A stretch of 63,362 bases of DNA, filler included, from Trichomonas gallinae (Eukaryota), in NCBI GenBank assembly GCA_008369845.1. It is 10 parts of 10 records of this genome, joined end to end, with 100 filler letters (N's around TTAATTAATTAA, not from the genome) between each part and the next. Parts side by side here need not be neighbours in the genome. Positions count along the whole stretch, not along the records: positions 51,245 to 58,698 come from MRSU01001551.1; positions 58,799 to 63,362 come from MRSU01001561.1; 8 more parts are not named here. One strand, written 5' to 3'. Both the position numbers and the translations under genes were made by a program. The number at the start of each line of letters is the position of its first letter. The stretch's first letter is position 1. Below are positions 55,503-63,362 of this stretch, piece by piece. The notes below the pieces were generated by a model, which saw nothing but the letters and a program-made list of their open reading frames with translations, was not told where the DNA came from and did no database searches.

Positions 55503-56756
55503 TATTGTTACAGAGAAATTTTTACGAAATTTAACGTTATGATTATCCGAATAAACAATATCATTATCCTATTTAGTGTGATAGGCGGGTAAAAGTGACA
55601 TCACAAAAAAGAAAATATTTATTTTATCACTATATAATGGCATTTTAACACTAAATTCCAAATTTTAAAAGGTTAGGTAGCCAATCATTTGTGATTTTCA
55701 CTCAAATTTTATCGAATTAAAAGTTTTCATGTATATTGATAGCTTGTCTCTAAAACAAAAGAGTGTGATTCACTATTTTGACAATTTTGTCTGTTTTTTT
55801 TTTTCCCAGTGCCATATGTTGTTGCAAACTCATTTATGCTAACACAAGCATATAGAGAATGACATTGCAGAGTGATTTTATCTTAAAATCTTTTTCATCA
55901 ACGAACTGATTGTGTCCAATTGGTACATTTGTAGGATATACGCTTATACTGCATTTAATTCAAACAAGTATGAACGTTAATATTGATATGAGAAAGAATT
56001 TGAGATCACGATTTCAATAAAAATGAATGCTAATATGATTTACATTTGCATTTTATATCTCAGCATTGCCAAAACAATATGAATTTTTCATAATTATTAT
56101 CGGCAATAGTTTATTCTATAACTTTTCAGGTTGTTATAATATTCATTCTTTATGCTATCTTCATTGCACTACTAACAATAAATATACATATATTCGTGTA
56201 AATATTTTATTTTATAAAGTATGACCTCGGAAGAGAAAATTTTTAAATTATCTAGAAAACAAACATAAGACAAGGAAAGTTACTCTTGGAGATCTTATTT
56301 ATCTGACCATATGTATCCAATAGGCACGGTATCGAATCAATATGATAATGCTGAATCTATTTTTCGATTAAATTTAACATGAAAATAATCATGCATTCTT
56401 TAAATCCACTTTATCATTAGTGTAAATATCCAAAAAAAAAAAAAAAAAAAAAACTGATAATTTTTTTAACCGAGTAAAAAAAAAACTACGATTATTTTCA
56501 ATTCAAATAATAAATAATTTAAAAAATATTTTTAATGATTCACATAACATAAGACACCAGGAATCACCGCAGAAAAGTCTATAATCAGTTATAGGATCAA
56601 ACGAAGTGAGATGAAGTCACGCGATTTTTTACTTGAATACTAAACAACAACATAGAGTCCCTTGGCAGTTCAATTGCAGGTTATTAATTATTAAATTCTC
56701 AAAATATTAATTTGAATACCTTAACTATCGGAAATAAAATAAAAGTATAGGTTTCA

Positions 56757-58544
56757 ATGCGCACACAATTGAATGTAATTTTCTATTATGGATGTCCTGT
56801 AGCTATCTATTTAGTATACTTCTTTAAATTTACATCCAAAGCTAAGTTTGAGCTTATTCAATCAATTTTCACGATATTTATTACGTTAACTTGGCTTATT
56901 TCAAGTTTTTCTTCGCACCTTTTTACTACAATGTTTACACAAACCTATTTCAAACTACATTATCCTATTATTGCAGACTTAATACTTATTTTTTTGTTTT
57001 TTATTAGGAACAAATATAAAATTCAAGAATACTCAGGAGCTACAAGTTATCAAAAACGTATCAGAATATTCAATATATCACAAACATTCTTTTGGTGCTT
57101 ATTACTAAGTCTTGGTCTTTCTTTCATTAAAGAAATATATGTATTGTCCGGAAGAATCGAGTTAAGCCAACTAATTACACTTATGAATCAAGCAGGAATG
57201 TATAAAGGAAATACACTTATCATATTTGATTTCATTAAAAGGCACTTGCTATCTACAATAATTGTTCCTCTCATATTTAATAGCATAATATTGTACGACT
57301 TAAAAAGATTCCCGAAATTATCACTGAATTATGCTATATTAGTTTTTTTGATTCCATTTTTGATGAATACTCATTATGTAATCATTCCTGATACTGTAGC
57401 AGATTACAAATGGTTTCAAAAAAATGCCATGGCTCCTGATATTGATAACATTATTCCACCTAAGAAATTACCTAATATTATCTATTATCAAATGGAAAGC
57501 ATGGATAATATGCTGATTTCTAACAAAGTTGGCGGTGTCCAACCTGTATCCAAAATTCCATTTTTAGAAAATCTAACTTCTTGGCCGAACGTATATCATT
57601 TTACGCAGCTACCAAATGGAACAGTTGGCGGTTTTAAACAGAACAAGTTCACCCCATTTACAACGCATGCTACATTAGCAAGTTTGTGTGGCATACCTTT
57701 CATAGGCGATAACATTCCACTCCATGTTGAAAATGCTTCATTAAAGCATCAATTTTACACCAATTACCCATGCTTAACGGATGTTTTATATCACCATGGA
57801 TATGATATAACAGTTACTTTTGGTGCATGGAGATATGACTTTGGATATGGATATATTTTTGATTATCATAATGCAAGAAATATAACATGTGCAAAAGATT
57901 ATAAATGGAAGTACGATTTGAGAACGTTGCCATGGTTTATTGAAAACATCAAAAAATCCGCCAAGTCAGGCAAACCATTTTTCGCATATTATGATACTAT
58001 AGATACACATCATCCTGGAATGATTTGTGAGCAGTGCCCAGAGGATGAAAATGGTTTTTATCGCGCTTATCGTTGTGCTGATAATAGGTTTAAAGGATTT
58101 TATGAATGGTGTAAAACGCAGCCATGGTTTAATGATACGCTTATAGTTATTGCTGGTGATCATAGATCTAGATATTATGATTTGATGATTCGTCCTGAGT
58201 ATCATGGATATGATCGTCGAGTTTATAATGCATTTATCAATCCTCAAAATGAAGAATTCAGACGTGATGAAATCAGAACATTCAATCGAAATTTCTCGAA
58301 TTTTGACATATATCCGTCTGTTCTCTCTGCTGCAGGATTTAAGATATTTGGTGATACACTTGGTATTGGTGTTAATTTGTTTTCTAATAGACAAACTATG
58401 TACGAAAAGTATGGTCGTAGTGTCATGGAGAAAGAAGGGTCAGGCGTTACCCAATGGTATAGATCGAGATTTACCAATTTAACTCATCAATATCTAAATG
58501 AACCAAATGTGTATGGAACAATTAATATTATTAGGAATAAATAA
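56757..58544 (+). CDS. Membrane sulfatase-superfamily phosphoglycerol transferase (OpgB/MdoB, LtaS-like)
   Basis: N-terminal TM helices; PNII...MES, FT...LAS.CG (Thr nucleophile region), TIDTHHPG, CAD, IVIAGDH, FDIYPSVL...G..I....LG.GVNLFS. Confidence 0.88.
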   Translation: MRTQLNVIFYYGCPVAIYLVYFFKFTSKAKFELIQSIFTIFITLTWLISSFSSHLFTTMFTQTYFKLHYPIIADLILIFLFFIRNKYKIQEYSGATSYQKRIRIFNISQTFFWCLLLSLGLSFIKEIYVLSGRIELSQLITLMNQAGMYKGNTLIIFDFIKRHLLSTIIVPLIFNSIILYDLKRFPKLSLNYAILVFLIPFLMNTHYVIIPDTVADYKWFQKNAMAPDIDNIIPPKKLPNIIYYQMESMDNMLISNKVGGVQPVSKIPFLENLTSWPNVYHFTQLPNGTVGGFKQNKFTPFTTHATLASLCGIPFIGDNIPLHVENASLKHQFYTNYPCLTDVLYHHGYDITVTFGAWRYDFGYGYIFDYHNARNITCAKDYKWKYDLRTLPWFIENIKKSAKSGKPFFAYYDTIDTHHPGMICEQCPEDENGFYRAYRCADNRFKGFYEWCKTQPWFNDTLIVIAGDHRSRYYDLMIRPEYHGYDRRVYNAFINPQNEEFRRDEIRTFNRNFSNFDIYPSVLSAAGFKIFGDTLGIGVNLFSNRQTMYEKYGRSVMEKEGSGVTQWYRSRFTNLTHQYLNEPNVYGTINIIRNK

Positions 58545-58698
58545 TATATAATAGATCAATTTATGTTCTCTCGATTTGCTCGAAAACATTGACATTTTTT
58601 GCAAATCAGGGAGTTATAGCCTAATAACTAAAGACAATGCGAGCAAAAAGTTATTCGGAAATAGAATTATGTTTATTTGCAAATAAATATATTCATTA

Positions 58699-58798
58699 NN
58701 NNNNNNNNNNNNNNNNNNNNNNNNNNNNNNNNNNNNNNNNNNTTAATTAATTAANNNNNNNNNNNNNNNNNNNNNNNNNNNNNNNNNNNNNNNNNNNN
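58699..58798. other. Artificial contig-join spacer
   Basis: N44-TTAATTAATTAA-N44. Confidence 0.98.
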
Positions 58799-59099
58799 TC
58801 CAAATTATAGCATTATTCCAAATTCACTTTATTCGAATAAAGTCATGGTGATTCCACTAAAAACGGTGATGACTATAAACCCCATTTTATTATTAAAAAT
58901 ATAATATTCGGGACTTGCTTGTTCAATGTATGAAATTTGAGGATTAGAATATTGTTAATTTTGTGTTATTACATTATTTTTAATTCTGAATCAATTTGTA
59001 ATATTTTTAAAAGTGACAAATTTAAGGATACACTTTAATAATCTGTTTCTGACTTTAATTATAAAATTGTCGTTCTTTAAATAAAATGTAAAAATTGTT

Positions 59100-60131
59100 A
59101 TGATCTTTTTTGCAATAATGACAAGAATCTCTTATCATAGAGAAAAGAAGCCGACTGCGGAAACATCTTATGTTGGAAACTCTAAAGCAGATGCCAAAGG
59201 AAAACATATAAATCCTAGAAATTCAATGCCGAATTCAACAAAATCTTTTCGCTTTTCTGTAACGGATCAAAAATATTCTTTTAACATAAATAAAAATCAA
59301 AATAACCACGTTGCAAAAGCTAAAAGACCATATTTGCAAAATAATATTAATTTCAATCCGTTAGAAACTGCTTATAATCCAGAAGATGAAGAAAATTGCT
59401 GCATTACTGGTGGTAATTGCACGGATTGTGAAGAAAATTGGGATGAGCATTCGCCATTTGTGGATACATGTCCTGAAGGACAATACATGAATGTAACAGA
59501 GTGCTCACAATGCAGCTCAAATTGCACAACTTGCGAAGATAATGAAAATAAGTGTACAAGCTGCTCTGATGATAAAAAACTATTGAACAATATGTGTGTC
59601 GATCACTGTCCAGATGAATATTTTGACAATAATAGTGTCTGTAATATGTGTGACAGTTCTTGTGCAACATGTGTTGAAACTGCAACTAAATGCACAAAAT
59701 GTGCTAACTCCAATCATTTCCTGCAGGATGGAGTGTGCAAAGAATCATGTGATTCTTCATATTATCCAGACACAAATAAATTTTGTCATTTATGCAATGA
59801 ATCATGCCTGACATGCAGTGGTCCAAACACGTGCTTATCATGCATATCCCAAAATTTTCTTCAAGGAGATAAATGTGTCACGCAATGTAATACAGGATAC
59901 TTCTCAAATAATGACAACAAACAATGCGAAAAATGTATGGACAACTGCATTAATTGCAACTCATATACATGTTTAGAGTGTGAGGAAAACTATAAATCAG
60001 ATGGAAATCGTGGTTGTGTCAAAATTGATGAGACTGTAGATGTCGAAAAAGCTAATTATGTTCGTTCATTCCAGCAGCTATCACTTGAACTATTATTTTC
60101 GTTTGGAGCCACAGATAACCTAATTATATAA
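59100..60131 (+). CDS. Cys-rich furin-like (CXXC) repeat protein
   Basis: Repeated C..C...C..C......C..C units; no canonical TM segment. Confidence 0.8.
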   Translation: MIFFAIMTRISYHREKKPTAETSYVGNSKADAKGKHINPRNSMPNSTKSFRFSVTDQKYSFNINKNQNNHVAKAKRPYLQNNINFNPLETAYNPEDEENCCITGGNCTDCEENWDEHSPFVDTCPEGQYMNVTECSQCSSNCTTCEDNENKCTSCSDDKKLLNNMCVDHCPDEYFDNNSVCNMCDSSCATCVETATKCTKCANSNHFLQDGVCKESCDSSYYPDTNKFCHLCNESCLTCSGPNTCLSCISQNFLQGDKCVTQCNTGYFSNNDNKQCEKCMDNCINCNSYTCLECEENYKSDGNRGCVKIDETVDVEKANYVRSFQQLSLELLFSFGATDNLII

Positions 60132-60415
60132 ATAAATTTTTTTGTTGAATGAAAGACAGACCATTGAATATGTAGAAAAAATCTCATATAGTGAAATATT
60201 TCATTCATCATTGAGATAAAAACTAAGAATATGATTTATAAAAATTCACTTTGCTCTTATTTACATTGACAAATATCAAGGCATAATCAATAAAATATTC
60301 AAGTCCCATGAACAACAACATATTTAAATTTTGGTTGATAACTATGATTTATTAAAAGAATAATTCTCTCAATCAAAGTTCCAAAAATTCCTGTATATTT
60401 GTAAAATCGTGAAAA

Positions 60416-60614
60416 TTAAATTTTAATAACAACTGCATCATTAGCATCGATTGACATTTGTATAAATAGTATAACAATCGGATTTCCATCGACCAGATTC
60501 TTTATTTTGGCAATAGAGCACACTTTGCTTGGCAGCCTTGCAAGCAGCTCCTTTGCGAAAGCTATGAGTGGAGTGTTTGGAGGAATCAACTTGAATAACG
60601 TCAATGTATCTCTT
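60416..60614 (-). mobile_element. Tyrosine-recombinase C-terminal fragment, DIRS/Ngaro-type retroelement relic
   Basis: Minus frame 60614-60441 reads KRYIDVIQVDSSKHSTHSFRKGAACKAAKQSVLYCQNKESGRWKSDCYTIY, with the HSFR box and GRW.S...Y catalytic motif. Not in the ORF track. Confidence 0.82.
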
Positions 60615-61190
60615 TTAATTTCAAAAAGTAAAGAAATTTTGAAGGAAAAAAAGTCACTAAAAATATTACATAATGTCGATTAAATATTATTATCGAAACA
60701 CATATGTAAAATATGAAAGTAAAAAATGAGATTTTTATTTTACAAACAAAAAAAGTGAAAAAGTAAGCCCGAAATTTTTCGGAACAGTGTTTGAGAGCTA
60801 AGCTCAAAAAATGAAAAAGTGAGAGTGAAATCGCAAATATCCGAAATTTTTTTAAAAAAGTGATATCAATTTTTCAGTTAAAAGCAATGGTCATAGTTAA
60901 AAAAATGATCGAATTCCAAGTGATTGCGAAATAATATCCGAAAAATTAAAAAAAAAAAATGATCGAATTCCAAAACTTAAAAATTATAATTATTGGTAGT
61001 AATGGAAAATAATAATCAGTTTGAATACAAACGTTTGCATTCAAAAAATGTGAATTGTTTGAAAAATATTTTATCAAAATTGAATGACTTAAATTATTTT
61101 TTGTGATGTTTTTTGACAAATTGCAATCAAACTATATTGAAGAACTATCATTTGAAAATATATTTTTCACAAATTCATTCATTTTTCAAA

Positions 61191-62621
61191 ATGTTATTGA
61201 TAATGCAATATTATATGGAATATGAATACAGTCAAACAGGTCCATATAAAGGCACATATCAACTAGATTATGCACATTATAAAATTACATTAAAAGGAGC
61301 TGCTGGAGGACCTGGAAAAAATGAACAAACAAAAGGTGGAGCTGGAGCAACAGTTATTGTAGATTACCAATCTTGGGGAGATAATATAGAGATAACTATT
61401 GGTGGAAAAGGTGAAAAACTAAAAGGTGGAAATTATGATGGAAAAGATCCACAAATTTCGAACTTAGGGTATAATCAATATGGAGGTGGTGGGGGTTCAA
61501 CGTCAATAAAGATTGAAGACTATCTAATTGTGGCTGCTGGTGGAGCTGGTGGCTGTAATTTTGATGGAGCCCCTGGAGGAGGAGATGGCTATGGATATTA
61601 CTACAACTCCAGTGGATTACTTGATAAAATATACGACAAGGACCTAAATACTTGTCCAGCACCAAGTTTGAGTAATTCTGAAAAAGAATATCCTTCAAGT
61701 GGTCCAGGTGGAGGCTATAAATGCGGTAAATATGGAAAAGATAGTTATTATATAGATTATATATCATGTGCAAGCAGTGGAAGTAGCAAAATTTCAGATG
61801 ATTTATCGAATATCAATGTTTATGATGGCATAGAAGATCCTAACAATGACAATGGTGAGATTATAATAGAAAAGGAGATAATTATACCTTATCCACCACA
61901 ATGTGGTCCGGATGAATTTTATGATGATCTCCTTTCTCAATGTACTTCATGTAATTCTAGATGGCCATATTGTTCGAATTGTGATGAATATCAATGCTAT
62001 GAGTGTAAAGATGGATACTTTTGGGAATATAGTTCTGATAATTGTATTCCGTGTGATTCTTCATGTAAAACTTGTGGGTACTCATCTGATAGCTGCACAA
62101 GTTGTAATACTGGAATGGTTTTACAAAATAACATTTGTCAAAAAAATTGCGATGTAGGATATTATCAATCTGGCTCATATTGTTATAAATGTGATTCAGG
62201 ATGCGAACGGTGTACTAAAAGCTCAGACAATTGCCAAACATGCCAAAAAAATTATTACAAGGAAGGAAATAAATGCATAAAATGTCATTCAACATGTGCA
62301 TCATGTAATGGAGCTGAAGAAAATCAATGTACATCGTGTAGTTCTCCTCACTTTTTAAATAATTCGAAATGCGTTGAAAATTGCGGTGATAGATACTATG
62401 AGGATAGTTCAAATCGCATTTGTGAGCATTGCATTGACAATTGCCAACGATGTACAAAAAGCGATATTTGTTTAGAGTGTAAAAATGGCTTTAGTTTCGT
62501 AAATGGTGTTTGTTCTCCTACAGAAGAAACAGTTTTATACGAAAATGCAGGATTCATTGATTCTGCTAAACATTTGACATCACAGCTTGTATTAGGTCTC
62601 GGTATAACTGATCAATTCTAA
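61191..62621 (+). CDS. Gly-rich (ALK/LTK-GRD-like) domain plus Cys-rich furin-like repeats
   Basis: GAAGG, GGAGA, GGGGGSTSI and IVAAGGAGG, then CXXC repeats. ATG at 61191 after Inr TCATT at 61175/61179. Confidence 0.85.
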   Translation: MLLIMQYYMEYEYSQTGPYKGTYQLDYAHYKITLKGAAGGPGKNEQTKGGAGATVIVDYQSWGDNIEITIGGKGEKLKGGNYDGKDPQISNLGYNQYGGGGGSTSIKIEDYLIVAAGGAGGCNFDGAPGGGDGYGYYYNSSGLLDKIYDKDLNTCPAPSLSNSEKEYPSSGPGGGYKCGKYGKDSYYIDYISCASSGSSKISDDLSNINVYDGIEDPNNDNGEIIIEKEIIIPYPPQCGPDEFYDDLLSQCTSCNSRWPYCSNCDEYQCYECKDGYFWEYSSDNCIPCDSSCKTCGYSSDSCTSCNTGMVLQNNICQKNCDVGYYQSGSYCYKCDSGCERCTKSSDNCQTCQKNYYKEGNKCIKCHSTCASCNGAEENQCTSCSSPHFLNNSKCVENCGDRYYEDSSNRICEHCIDNCQRCTKSDICLECKNGFSFVNGVCSPTEETVLYENAGFIDSAKHLTSQLVLGLGITDQF

Positions 62622-63155
62622 AATATTTCATTAAATTAATTAAACAATGAGTAATTGCATAAATTTGTGCGTCTTTAAAATAAAAACAAAATTACCAAAA
62701 GTTTTGATATACAAGGCTTTCATATAAGGTATTTCGCAACTGATTTACAAAAATAAAAAACATTTTTAGGTACCATACCATTATCTTTATTAATATTTAA
62801 GTTGATAATTCGATGTAACTATATGATCTATATCTACTATATACACAGTGCAGTAGTTTATGCAATATATCTTTCTTGATTCATTTGGAAATGACCTTCT
62901 AAATAACAAAGGATTGATCTATATAAAGCATAATACATTTATCCAACACTGATCCATTTTGAAAATTGATTTTTTGCAGATGAAATATAGAGAACATTTT
63001 GTTGTATCAATTAAAAATGATTCAAAGAGCAATAGTTTTATATTTCTTTGTGATTTGTTTTCCAATAAACCGGAGAAATTGCATTTTCGCATTGAATTAA
63101 GTGCAGAAATTGGAATTATTTTGAATTTTTTTTTTGGTAAAATTGGCGAATCTAA

Positions 63156-63340
63156 TATAGTCGCGGGATAAATAGGCAAACGCGGGAAAAATAGGCAAAC
63201 GCTATTTTGAAAGGATTTCATTTTAGGTTATATAGGATCTATATAACATTCTAATGCTATATACACCAAAATACTTTTTCCCATTCAAAATGAGGCAAAC
63301 GCGTAAAATCAACACACGTTTAAAATTTTTCGAAATTTTC
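63156..63340 (+). mobile_element. Putative DNA-transposon/MITE terminus
   Basis: TA|TAGT followed by a tandem 19-mer CGCGGGAWAAATAGGCAAA (63162, 63181); a third AGGCAAACGCG at about 63293; a second copy of the element at 12529. Confidence 0.55.
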
Positions 63341-63362
63341 TTATCGTTCATAAATTTTAATG

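Noticed and set aside
3568..58798. TTAATTAATTAA as a CRISPR-like or biological repeat
   Set aside because: Always centred in a 100-bp N block; a six-frame-stop linker.
58826..58843. Perfect 18-bp palindrome ACTTTATTCGAATAAAGT; also hairpins at 18999-19050 and 51452-51493
   Set aside because: Isolated and AT-rich with no supporting context; could be chance.
60830..60975. Direct repeats (aaaaatgatcgaattccaa, aatatccgaaa) upstream of the Gly-rich gene
   Set aside because: A real local duplication, but short and A-rich with no evidence of function.
244..63221. Numerous 60-150 aa ORFs antisense to or nested in larger genes
   Set aside because: Shadow ORFs with no motifs, often with non-ATG starts or running into N spacers.

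Overview
AT-rich eukaryotic draft DNA, very likely from a parabasalid (Trichomonas or a close relative). Evidence: apparently intron-less genes, TCA(C/T)T initiator elements 4-25 nt before the ATG, AAAGTGAC motifs, initiator-binding-domain proteins and ankyrin pseudogenes. The window is 10 contigs joined by nine identical artificial 100-bp spacers (N44-TTAATTAATTAA-N44), so gene order across joins is unverified. It holds about 30 protein genes, including a gamma-tubulin complex component, a CIP2A-like ARM/coiled-coil protein, a B-type cyclin, TruA, a DYRK-like kinase, GGCT, two IBD/winged-helix proteins, PP2A B56, an SLC35F-like transporter, an FCP/SCP phosphatase, a frameshifted MFSD5-like transporter, a half ABCB transporter, a PhnP-like MBL protein, a Rab, an exportin-like protein, an OpgB/LtaS-like transferase and two Cys-rich proteins. 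It also has one tRNA-Asn(GTT), several decayed ankyrin genes and transposon debris. I found no clear new multi-gene system. Best leads: (1) a recurrent promoter motif TGNCAYGTAA, arrayed six times upstream of a PhnP-like gene that has lost its catalytic metal ligands; (2) a putative CIP2A homologue; (3) a shared non-TM C-terminal tail on two Cys-rich proteins; (4) a DIRS/Ngaro-type tyrosine-recombinase relic missed by the ORF track; (5) a +1 frameshift at TTT_CGA in the MFSD5-like gene. All family assignments come from motif recognition by eye, not database searches.
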